DNA of 64,000 nucleotides from Thainema sp. (GTDB lineage Bacteria; Cyanobacteriota; Cyanobacteriia; Phormidesmidales; Phormidesmidaceae): NCBI GenBank assembly GCA_052168235.1, contig JBQLZK010000015.1, positions 1 to 64,000 of the forward strand, read 5' to 3'. Shown piece by piece: positions 28,601 to 36,665 of this stretch (position 1 is its first letter; each line of letters starts with the position of its first letter). The notes under the pieces were generated by a model. It saw only the letters and a program-made list of their open reading frames with translations, ran no database searches and was not told where the DNA came from. The position numbers and the translations under genes were made by a program.

Positions 28601-31600
28601 ATAGCGTTCAGCCGCTTGACCAGCTTTCGCTAACAGATCATCGGTATAGGCTTGTGCCGTCCGATCAACTCCCTCAGCATCATGTTCTGCCGGAGACTCC
28701 ACCGGATCGAGGTCAAGCCCTGCTCGAATCTCATTAATCACCTCAAGCTGCGTCTTGGGCTTACTCTGAGCTTTGGCATCAACCACTTCCACCTGCACAC
28801 CGGAACCAAACGTACTCCGCACTCCCGGCATAGCAGAAATGATTTCGGCCTGAGCCAGCGGCCTAGCATCGAGATCAACGGCTTCTGCTTCCAGAATGTT
28901 ATTATCCAACGCCTTCTGCTGCTTAACGAAGGACGTGTATTCGTCTTCCAGAATGCTGTAGAAGGCTTCCTGCTCGTCCACACTGAGCAACGGCAGTCGG
29001 CCTGTCACCTTTGCGATCGCACCCTCTGTCGCATCTTCTAGACTCGTAACGCCATCTGGATTCACCGTAATCGGATAATCCAGCTTTTCGTTGATTTCGG
29101 GATATTCGCTCAAGACCTGTTCGACCACCGCATCCCCGTACTGGTTGAAGAAGTCCGGGATCTGGGAGGTATCAAAACCGGCGTTCTTATCTGCCGTGGT
29201 GTTGGCATTGAGGCTGGACATCTTCCGCTCTAGCAGGGCCGCTGGGCGTTTTTCATCCGGAGTATCTCCCATCAGCAGCGAAATGCGGGGCGGCACCACC
29301 TGGCCGGTGCGGTGGGCACGGCCTAGGGTTTGCATAAAGTCGTTTACGTTGCGCTCAGCCTGACCCACAATCATGTGGCGGCGACGCTGATCCGCAAACT
29401 TCTTTGACGCATGCAGGGAAATGCCCGTGGCTCCCGATCGATTCAGCAGCATTACGTCAGTTTTGCCGTCGTTGAAGCGATCTGTCGCCCTGACTTTGCC
29501 TGCCTTGCTGGTTTCGCGGGAGCTGCGCCGCCCATAGGTAGCGTTGCCCTCGCTGTCATAATCCAGGCGAACTTTACGCCCGGTGATTTCACCAAAGCGG
29601 TAGCCCGCCTGCTCAATGCGCTGCTTAATCGTGTCGATGGGAGAAACTGGAAAATCTAGATCAGTATTCGCAATCAGCGCTTTGGCTTCCTCATACTGCT
29701 GGACGGCTGCTGGCCCCAGTTCTTCGTCGCTTAGCCGCCTGCGGGTTTGCGTGCCATCGTAGTCTTTCTCTAGCACATCGCGGCTACGCTCTAGGTAGCG
29801 CCGCATGATGTCGCCAAAGGTGGCGTCGAAAGCATCACCGGGGGCAATATCGTTTTCATTGGCATAGTGCTCAATAAAGCTGCCCATTGTATTAGAGACA
29901 GTTAGAATCGGCTTTTCGCCCCGCTCCAAACTGGCAATCGCCTCATCTGCCATTTGTCCCGCCTTACGAGAGAGCAACGACTGATCCATGACGTTGTGCA
30001 TGACGGCTGTGAAGTTAGTAGAATCGGCTCCGGCTTGCCCAACGGAGTTATCGGTACCAACCTTCTTAGCATCGGCCTTCAGGCGATCATCTAGACCTTT
30101 GAGAGCATCTTGCTTGGTGCGGTCAAACTCCAAAATTTTGCCCATGATGCGACTGAGTCCATCCGTAGAGTCGCGATCAACGGGCACGCTCTGAATCCCG
30201 AAATCAACCCCTTCGTAATTGCGCTCGCGGCGATTGTAGAAACCGTCCTGCGCCAGCATATTGGTGGAAACCTGCTGCAGCGGCGTACCACCGATCTCTA
30301 GCGCCGATTGCAGCTCCTCGATAGAACCGGCAGCCTGTCGCATCCCGGATCGCCGCCCGTAGAGATCCATCACGTCCGGGCGCTTAATCGCCGTAGCGGA
30401 ACTAAAGGTAACGCCATCGGCTTTATCCACCAGTTGCCGGGCAAAGTCGGCACGATTGGGTGGACCTGTCTTTTTCCAAGAATTCTCAGGCTCGGGTGAG
30501 CCGCCTGCCTCGTGGGCCTCATCAAAAAGAATTAAAGACTGAGGAGCGATCCTATCGAGGAACTGACGCCGAGGCGTTTCCTTGCCCTTAACGGTCTGCA
30601 TCTGACTGTAGGTCGTGAAGATGCCGTCATAATCATCGGTAGCGGCAAAGCCTCCTTGCTGAATCAAGCGATCAAGTTCAGCAGCGTGACTACCCCGTTT
30701 CGTTTCCAGCGTGCGTCCATCCGGCAGCGGCACCTTTTCTTGACTATTGGTAATGAATGGCCGAAAGCCCTTAGAACCAATATCATCCAGGTCACGGATC
30801 ATGTCTGAATAGAGCCCTGCGTCACGGGTGACAAAGATCGGAATCCGATCAGTCTCCTGGGCATAGCGAATCATTGCGGCCATTTGCCGCCCTTTGCCAA
30901 CCCCCGTCTGATCGCCAATTAGTGACCCGTCCCCTCGCTCAATGTTGTCAATGGATAGTGCAACCCCATCGACTTGTTCAGCAGCTAACACCTGGTGCAT
31001 TGCGTTAACCGAGGGATAATTGAGCTTCCTGGCCACAAACTCATCGACATTACCGACACGCCCCTCCAGGTCATCAAGTGCGCTTTGCACCGCCGAGGCC
31101 ATATTGCGCGGGGTAAGAGTATCCAGCCGGGGTCCCTGACTCCTAGGTACATATGGAACCTGGCTGGCCATCGGTTGAGTTGGTTGAGTTGTCTCTGTTG
31201 CCATATCATTTCCTGCCTGCACTGTCCTTACTTCCCGAAGAACATCAGCCACTCCTCCAGCGTCTGTTCCTCCACCGTTGCGATCGCGTCCTGGCGGTTC
31301 TCGCCCTGAACCATCGGCAGCGGATAGTCCTCCGGCTCCGGAGCGACTTCTAGCGTCCAGATCGTTGACATCCAGGAACTCTGAGCGATCGCGCTGCCCC
31401 AGTTCTCCGGCGTCACTCGGCTCGGTGGCGGCATCGCGAAATCGGGCACCTGATCCGTCAGCAATCGCTGGCGAATCATCGAATCTACCTGCTTCAGCGA
31501 CATCTGCTGATCCTCGCTCCATTGCCGGATCATCCAGGCGATCCGGGCTGCCAGTAGTTCCTGATAGTCCGCGTAATGTGCGATCGCGCTCTTGTCCTGG

Positions 31601-32674
31601 GGCGCGATCACCGCGAAGAAGCTGTCCAGTCGCGTCAAGGTCATCCCGGCGACGACTTCCTGGTTCGGCATCCATGCCTGGGGATTCTTGAAGTAAGGCA
31701 TTCCTCAAAACCTCTTTCAATTCGTCGTAACTTTCGTAAACTGGGGGAACATCTGCCGCTGGCAATCGGCGCTGCGTTCGCCTCCACCCCCGGATGCGAA
31801 TCACATCAATGGGAAAGCCTGCACCCTGACGGTCGTAGAGCCCACCATCAACGGTGAAATGCTGATCAACGGCGTAGTTCTCGTAGAGATTTTTGAAAAA
31901 GCCGCGATTCTGCTGCTCGTTGTATTTATCTGAGCGGCTTGCTTGTGATCCTTTCTCACTACCAATCAGCAGCACTGCCGTTCCGTCATCCGTCATAGCC
32001 TCCAGCGACCGCCACGCAATGACGTGATCCAGTTGGGAGGTACGAATCGGGGTCTGCGCCGCCCCGATCGTGAATTGTTCTGCTCGTCCCGCCTGACGAC
32101 GCCGACCAAACGGCGGATTCGCGATCACCACGTCCTGGCTACGGGGTTCTGGCACAACACTCGTGGCATCGTTCTGCGTCACGGTAAATCCCTGGCGCAT
32201 CAGATCAGCAGCCCGCTGGTCATCAAGCTCATTCACCGTAGCGGTTTGAGGATTAACCGTCATTAGCAAGGCTCCATGTCCGGCAGTTGGTTCGTAGACT
32301 GTTGTATTGCCATCGATACCAGCCAACTGCAGTGCCAGGTAGGCAAGGGGCACGGGCGTGCTGTACTGCTGCTTCTGGATTGAGGTTGAGGAGCGAGTGC
32401 CCAATCGTGGCTGTCGCTGGTACAGATCCACGAGCTGGTCAAAGGTATCAAGGGGTGATTGCGATTGATGAATGATCTGCTTGGCCGCGCCGACAATCCC
32501 CTGCTCAATCGTTTCTTCCAGTTCCTTGGCCTCTTGTCTACCGCTGGTGAACGATCGCCCGATCAACTGCTGAGCAAACTTGCGAGCATCCATGATCGAC
32601 GGGAATGCCTGCCCATTGAGAAAAGCATTCTCAAACCCCTCACGAATTGTCTGGCGCTCATCCGTACTCAGCAT
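25688..32674 (-). CDS. 2328-aa polyvalent protein: amino-methyltransferase + strawberry-notch-type SF2 helicase + acidic C-terminal region
   Basis: QQYSTP, EPTAGHG (SAM binding), NPPF; GDQTGVGKGR Walker A, FTTYSQ, DEAH, SAT, EITGR, GATGISLH, QTLGRAHRTGQ. Confidence 0.9.
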   Translation of the reverse strand: MLSTDERQTIREGFENAFLNGQAFPSIMDARKFAQQLIGRSFTSGRQEAKELEETIEQGIVGAAKQIIHQSQSPLDTFDQLVDLYQRQPRLGTRSSTSIQKQQYSTPVPLAYLALQLAGIDGNTTVYEPTAGHGALLMTVNPQTATVNELDDQRAADLMRQGFTVTQNDATSVVPEPRSQDVVIANPPFGRRRQAGRAEQFTIGAAQTPIRTSQLDHVIAWRSLEAMTDDGTAVLLIGSEKGSQASRSDKYNEQQNRGFFKNLYENYAVDQHFTVDGGLYDRQGAGFPIDVIRIRGWRRTQRRLPAADVPPVYESYDELKEVLRNALLQESPGMDAEPGSRRRDDLDATGQLLRGDRAPGQERDRTLRGLSGTTGSPDRLDDPAMERGSADVAEAGRFDDSPAIADGSGARFRDAATEPSDAGELGQRDRSEFLDVNDLDARSRSGAGGLSAADGSGREPPGRDRNGGGTDAGGVADVLREVRTVQAGNDMATETTQPTQPMASQVPYVPRSQGPRLDTLTPRNMASAVQSALDDLEGRVGNVDEFVARKLNYPSVNAMHQVLAAEQVDGVALSIDNIERGDGSLIGDQTGVGKGRQMAAMIRYAQETDRIPIFVTRDAGLYSDMIRDLDDIGSKGFRPFITNSQEKVPLPDGRTLETKRGSHAAELDRLIQQGGFAATDDYDGIFTTYSQMQTVKGKETPRRQFLDRIAPQSLILFDEAHEAGGSPEPENSWKKTGPPNRADFARQLVDKADGVTFSSATAIKRPDVMDLYGRRSGMRQAAGSIEELQSALEIGGTPLQQVSTNMLAQDGFYNRRERNYEGVDFGIQSVPVDRDSTDGLSRIMGKILEFDRTKQDALKGLDDRLKADAKKVGTDNSVGQAGADSTNFTAVMHNVMDQSLLSRKAGQMADEAIASLERGEKPILTVSNTMGSFIEHYANENDIAPGDAFDATFGDIMRRYLERSRDVLEKDYDGTQTRRRLSDEELGPAAVQQYEEAKALIANTDLDFPVSPIDTIKQRIEQAGYRFGEITGRKVRLDYDSEGNATYGRRSSRETSKAGKVRATDRFNDGKTDVMLLNRSGATGISLHASKKFADQRRRHMIVGQAERNVNDFMQTLGRAHRTGQVVPPRISLLMGDTPDEKRPAALLERKMSSLNANTTADKNAGFDTSQIPDFFNQYGDAVVEQVLSEYPEINEKLDYPITVNPDGVTSLEDATEGAIAKVTGRLPLLSVDEQEAFYSILEDEYTSFVKQQKALDNNILEAEAVDLDARPLAQAEIISAMPGVRSTFGSGVQVEVVDAKAQSKPKTQLEVINEIRAGLDLDPVESPAEHDAEGVDRTAQAYTDDLLAKAGQAAERYLAQQTAKIEQRIPDPEKQQTALNRASRRLDKQQTQLTQLQRFRPGQTVRLSTENGRIFYGAISGVSKRGTSLDKILAADAEAESQNRLGDSNPVAPSKWMVNVSLADSSREIPLPLSKINVDRIGAVDMTPVQKTMMGSDVMALFDERQAGEREVRQVLRGNLLRASEKYGKDGNVVNATMSTGGVEPMLLLPRGYDLQQQLSESPVVLPAARNVRQFMEVSEHQGIVKTSDEQITLKAAPHADGYLLQTGKKQKDVYLDEDLMAAVGDEFYSISDRMEAAFPADRLEEVVSYIQDGRHQRLEATTHLGQARELVGEKIPEFSWSDSVENVIETAGLAPSVDLSNLEAVRAGLESALQQAEQADWVEVPDHIAQNGLDEMPPANVSEQSEPASSAYRLDPEGPTTIGRERARLLNRYSDIDSAASEEAVEQANAIAYRDDQLETLADEYGEDARISFSDPTEQDLAVAAQDVRDPDQPNQEEATPATDEPSPDEPVEESLSAVADRAQEPEPKVACVGGWTEQSGQPEKYVGKLLEEAGLSQAVMADQDFYLKVENEPFIPLNIERHGEQLMLYHTLVENGDAYIDSEMVFNLSDDGSLNLAETAVHNPIGESRGLDRAYAGMFARNLRQQGFAEAIQQQLSVEPEPEPSEAAPAPDNVRSQMADSPDEQTAQSVTEPSNKLANALSTDVAAQTVEPSHTEDLGNERPSLSLSYQETLERLRGVVQDLPDAQRESVLSAINQAEEQMASDPETPLNPSTGTVAAGAFIQNAIAQNDPDLDQQLAQPLETQQNSPTIEQFRNWYRAARTLGRSDQELANIEAMGKSAKAGELKNLASSDAQQMAADLSAFEQQRELGSSILNHARRFLGNLEAAGLVQRDENGTIEARGRQYTVRQTPKGLSVAKNDHSAGVSANSEGNITQVANLTEADKQNWQTSASRSPRNLRSLYQKRQQRQPSVKSQAKEASGVEL
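31228..31701 (-). CDS. putative nested out-of-frame gene (157 aa) inside the methylase-helicase linker
   Basis: ATG preceded by AAAGAGGTTTTGAGGA; globular-like composition. Its three HIP1 sites read Ala-Ile-Ala in this frame, while the host frame here is R/G/D-rich low complexity. Confidence 0.6.
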   Translation of the reverse strand: MPYFKNPQAWMPNQEVVAGMTLTRLDSFFAVIAPQDKSAIAHYADYQELLAARIAWMIRQWSEDQQMSLKQVDSMIRQRLLTDQVPDFAMPPPSRVTPENWGSAIAQSSWMSTIWTLEVAPEPEDYPLPMVQGENRQDAIATVEEQTLEEWLMFFGK

Positions 32675-32877
32675 TACTCTCCTGCAACGACTTGAACATA
32701 GATGGGATAGGGATCATCGTCGAAATGGAAGGTGAGCAAACCAAAACCCGGACAAACTTGAGTTTCCAGCACAACTTGGCCGTGCTCAATTCGCAGAATT
32801 TGCCGTCCATTCCAATAAGCTGAAACAGCATTGGGCTGCCGCTGTTGGGCTTTCCGTAGAAAAGAATGCATTACCAT
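32674..32877 (-). CDS. small hypothetical protein (67 aa)
   Basis: Fills the gap exactly, with 1-nt stop/start overlaps on both sides (TGATG, TAATG). Confidence 0.65.
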   Translation of the reverse strand: MVMHSFLRKAQQRQPNAVSAYWNGRQILRIEHGQVVLETQVCPGFGLLTFHFDDDPYPIYVQVVAGE

Positions 32878-34172
32878 CAGTCCATCTCCATGCCTGCAGA
32901 ACGATGCTGCTCGGCAGTCTGCTTGTGCTGGGTCGCCTGCAAATCCTCGGGAGAGACCTGACCTAGCGTTTGGAAGCGGATCTGGTCTTGCTCGCTCATA
33001 CCGTCCGTATCCAGCACCGTGCCGTCCCGTACCGCTACAAAACCACCCGTCTCCTGATTCTCAACAACCGTGATGCCTGCGGTACGGCTCATCATATAGG
33101 TGTTCCCTTGGGCAATGGTGGTTGCCCCCAGTGAGCTGGTTACACCGGCCTCATTGGCCACATTCATAAACTGCTCGGCATTGACAGCAATGTCTGTTTC
33201 CATCGGAGAAGCAAGGCCGTCTGCACTCGCATAGGCTGCCTGTAAAATCTCCTGATCCTCTGGGGACTCAGGATCACCGCCGGTTTGGGCTTGAATCCGA
33301 GCTGCTTTCGCAGCCAGATCGGCATCCACTCCAGCAGCCTCCAGCGCCTGCGTGGTGCGACCTTCTTCATAGGCTCGGCCTACTCGATCTTCAAGATATT
33401 GCTGGGCTTGCACCCGCTTTAGCTGTCCTTCTGGACTGTTCAAGTAGCGGTCAGCCTGCTCAACGCGCCGTTCTTGCGCCGCTGACTGTTCCCCACCAAA
33501 GACATAGTCCCGAGCTTTAATATCGCCAGCCGCTTGAGCTAACTGATTCGGAACTCCCGACGTTTTATAGTCTCGCCAAAGCTGCCGAGCAACTCCCTTC
33601 TGGCGCTGAATATCCGCAGCCTGCAACAGTCGCGCCTGTTTCTCAGTGGGTTCATTGCCGTACACCTGTTGGCCCGCTCGAATTTGAGCTGCTGAATCCA
33701 TCAGGTTACGACTACCCAGACCAGCCACATCATTCCGATAGTGCTCCTTGAGGTTGTTGATAGTGCGGCCATATTCCTTACGCTTGGCCTCAACGGTTGC
33801 CTCAGCGAGGCTGATAGCCTCTGCTTCATCGGTTGAAACAGGCTCACCTAAAAACTGATGTTGCTGTCCAACAGCTGCGATCGCAGCGGCTTCCGGTTCC
33901 ACACCGGCACGCTCATAGGCGTCCTGATAGCCCTGCTGCACTTCATCCGCTACCCGACCGACCAAGTTGGCATAGCCATCATCAGGCTCCTCGCCTAAGA
34001 CCTCCTGACGAGCTCTAGCATTGGCCAACGCAACCCGATTGTCATCGGTAACCACGTTAGGAATCTGCCGCCAAAACTGTTCACGGGTGGAAGCTAATGC
34101 CTGCTCCTGTTCCAGCCTACGAGCATCCTCAACGGCTTGACGGCTATTGAATTGTTGAATAGAACCAACCAT
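32877..34172 (-). CDS. hypothetical Ala/Gln-rich helical protein with shared C-terminal domain
   Basis: 431-aa ORF, RBS AAGGGG, ends HRSAGMEMD. Confidence 0.8.
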   Translation of the reverse strand: MVGSIQQFNSRQAVEDARRLEQEQALASTREQFWRQIPNVVTDDNRVALANARARQEVLGEEPDDGYANLVGRVADEVQQGYQDAYERAGVEPEAAAIAAVGQQHQFLGEPVSTDEAEAISLAEATVEAKRKEYGRTINNLKEHYRNDVAGLGSRNLMDSAAQIRAGQQVYGNEPTEKQARLLQAADIQRQKGVARQLWRDYKTSGVPNQLAQAAGDIKARDYVFGGEQSAAQERRVEQADRYLNSPEGQLKRVQAQQYLEDRVGRAYEEGRTTQALEAAGVDADLAAKAARIQAQTGGDPESPEDQEILQAAYASADGLASPMETDIAVNAEQFMNVANEAGVTSSLGATTIAQGNTYMMSRTAGITVVENQETGGFVAVRDGTVLDTDGMSEQDQIRFQTLGQVSPEDLQATQHKQTAEQHRSAGMEMD

Positions 34173-34184
34173 AATTCCCCTTGA

Positions 34185-34574
34185 TTAAGTGCTCGCCTCA
34201 GTCGGCTCTGAAGTAGCTTCATCAGCCTCTTCATCACCTTTCACCGAGATCAGCTCAACGCGATCCACCGGATTAATCTGTAGACCGGCACGAGGCTCAT
34301 TGGAAGTGCTGGTAATGTAGGGTGAGGGCTCCATTGCGCCATAAACACAAATTAAGCTGCCCTTCTTCAGGTAGTCCAAAACTCGCCAACCCGGACTGCC
34401 TTCCCAGATGGAAAGATCCACTCGGAACGATTCCTCTCGATGACGACGATGACGAACATAAATCGCCGCTTCGGCTACCTGCGAGGTACGATTTCCTAGA
34501 TCAACGTCCTTGACCTCAACATCTGCAGCCAAGTTGCCTACGATGATGGACGTATTGAGTCCTGTTAATGCCAT
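34185..34574 (-). CDS. ssb: single-stranded DNA-binding protein
   Basis: LNTSIIVGNLAAD...IW...YLKKGSLICVYG, acidic tail; RBS AGGAGG. Confidence 0.85.
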   Translation of the reverse strand: MALTGLNTSIIVGNLAADVEVKDVDLGNRTSQVAEAAIYVRHRRHREESFRVDLSIWEGSPGWRVLDYLKKGSLICVYGAMEPSPYITSTSNEPRAGLQINPVDRVELISVKGDEEADEATSEPTEAST

Positions 34575-34644
34575 CGATTCTTCCTCCTAGCTCAATTTAA
34601 TAGACAGATACTGTGTATTTACGCAATTGAAGTTAATCCAGCCA

Positions 34645-35526
34645 CTACAGCTCCAAATCAGGGCTGCGCTGCTGCCGATTTGGAGTCCGTTGAGCCTGCT
34701 CCTGCTGATGCTCTGCCTCACTCAACTGACGAATAGACTGCCAGGTCTGCTGATCGGTAATCGTTAGCCCATCAGCGACCTTGACTCCGGTTTCATCGCC
34801 TATGGTGATGCCCCCGGTCTGCCGATTCTCAACCCACATAACACCATCCGGTTGCAGAGTTACGGCGTACATTGTGTTCTCCGCCCGAAAGATACCTTCA
34901 GCATCTGGCTCAGCTCCTCGTGCGATCGCACTATCTATGACCTGACCAGCATGGTCTAGAATGCTTTGCGCCATCGCCTCCTGAGGATCGGTATCCGAAG
35001 GACTAGCCTCTCCATCGGCTGCTCTAGCAGCTGGTGATAAACCGGACGGATGGAGCGAATGTTGACGACTCTGCTGAATGATTCGCAGTGGATGGGTTGC
35101 CGTCTCTGAACGTTCAGGGCCAAACTGTAACCGTTCATCGGCAACCAACTCCTCGTCATACGGCACGCTATCCTCGGCTGTGCCTGTGGTCTCAGAATCG
35201 GATGATTCGGCCTCCGAAATGAAACCCAGCGAAATAGGATGCACGTGCGATCGCACTGACAAACTCTGTTCTGGAGCTTGTCCTGATACCTGTTGGGCAG
35301 TTCGTTCCATTACCTTCTGCTCATCCTCGGTTAGCTCATAGCCAGGTAAATCAGCCCGTCGCTGGTGACTCACTGCAACCTGCCACGTATCACCCGGTTC
35401 CACCCCCTGACAATTCAGGACATCAATGCGCTCAGCCAACCGCTGGCGCTGCAAATCGCTGAGAGCCGTCAGTAAGGCTCCAGCCGTTGTTGTGTTAGGT
35501 AGTGAAATTGTGGTTCCGGGTCGCAT
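34645..35526 (-). CDS. hypothetical protein with shared C-terminal domain
   Basis: 293 aa, RBS GAGGAGG, ends RQQRSPDLEL. Confidence 0.8.
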   Translation of the reverse strand: MRPGTTISLPNTTTAGALLTALSDLQRQRLAERIDVLNCQGVEPGDTWQVAVSHQRRADLPGYELTEDEQKVMERTAQQVSGQAPEQSLSVRSHVHPISLGFISEAESSDSETTGTAEDSVPYDEELVADERLQFGPERSETATHPLRIIQQSRQHSLHPSGLSPAARAADGEASPSDTDPQEAMAQSILDHAGQVIDSAIARGAEPDAEGIFRAENTMYAVTLQPDGVMWVENRQTGGITIGDETGVKVADGLTITDQQTWQSIRQLSEAEHQQEQAQRTPNRQQRSPDLEL

Positions 35527-35536
35527 GCAAGCCTCC

Positions 35537-36148
35537 TCAGAAACGGTTCACATTCACGACTTCGGCATTCGCTTCATTCCAGGTCACGCCGTCGTAGCAC
35601 AGCGTAGTCTGGGCAATACCGATATCATCTGCACCAGCGCCCTGACTGACATCGTTGATCAGCAGACAGGGATAGCCACCACTATCGCGATCCGCAAGCT
35701 GTACAACTGGCACACCCTCCGGAAGCTGCTGATTGAGATAGCGATTGAAGATGCGATCGCCATCGTGCTCATAGATCACATAAAGCGACCCCAAACGCCC
35801 CGTCAGAATAGAGTTGTTGAAATCGACCAGTCTTAATCCTTCCTCTAACTCCGCAATCTGCATCGATTGCAGCAGGGAGTTCTGCTCAGCAGTAGACAAG
35901 GCCGACGAATTGGCGGCAAGAATATCCTTGGCTCGCTCTACGGTCACGACTTGGGTTGCCGATTGCCAGACAACCGAATCCTGACTGGCACCTGCCGATG
36001 CACATCCGAACAAGGTCAGCGATGACGCCAGTAAAAATAAGCCCGCCCCCAGATAAACAAACCGGAGAACCCGTCCCATCCAGTCCGGCAATTCAATATC
36101 ACCTGCATGGTGGCTTCGTCTATTTTTCTCATCGATATCAAGCTTCAT
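35537..36148 (-). CDS. putative membrane-anchored or lipoprotein
   Basis: Hydrophobic segment ending LFGC (lipobox-like); start may be the later Met (MGRVLRF). Confidence 0.65.
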   Translation of the reverse strand: MKLDIDEKNRRSHHAGDIELPDWMGRVLRFVYLGAGLFLLASSLTLFGCASAGASQDSVVWQSATQVVTVERAKDILAANSSALSTAEQNSLLQSMQIAELEEGLRLVDFNNSILTGRLGSLYVIYEHDGDRIFNRYLNQQLPEGVPVVQLADRDSGGYPCLLINDVSQGAGADDIGIAQTTLCYDGVTWNEANAEVVNVNRF

Positions 36149-36663
36149 GACTGACTTCTCCTGATGTCTTCCAAAACATCCAATCTCTCTAGGGCGGCAG
36201 ATTCTTCGTCCAGCAGCGCTAACTCCGACAGATCAAAAGCAGTGATAAACGCCTCCCGTCCCATACGGTCAAGTCGCCTAGAAAATTGAATCTCGCGAAA
36301 TTTGACCGCTGCTTCAAACGGAACATAATCGGCATAGGCCAGAAAGTCACCCGGCGTATTCCACAACGCAACATCACAGGTTCCCGAGGCCGCTGAAACC
36401 AGGAGAGCCGATGGATATTGTGCTGCATCGGGTGAGTCTTCATAGGTGTAGATCAGGTAGTATTCAGTGCCTTCCACTGTTTCTGTTGCCATTAGTTCTG
36501 CGCCACCCGCTGCAAAGGGAGAGCTGCGGTCTATGCAGGATTCCGCAACCGGTGGAGCGGAATCGATTTGCGCTCTTACGGTTAGCGCACTACCGACCAT
36601 GACAGTTGCAATCAGGGCTGCGATCGCAAGTCGAATTTGAACAGATCTAAAACGATGTTGCAT
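36145..36663 (-). CDS. putative exported protein
   Basis: Basic N-terminus, hydrophobic core, VRA-Q cleavage-like site. Confidence 0.7.
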   Translation of the reverse strand: MQHRFRSVQIRLAIAALIATVMVGSALTVRAQIDSAPPVAESCIDRSSPFAAGGAELMATETVEGTEYYLIYTYEDSPDAAQYPSALLVSAASGTCDVALWNTPGDFLAYADYVPFEAAVKFREIQFSRRLDRMGREAFITAFDLSELALLDEESAALERLDVLEDIRRSQS

Positions 36664-36665
36664 AA

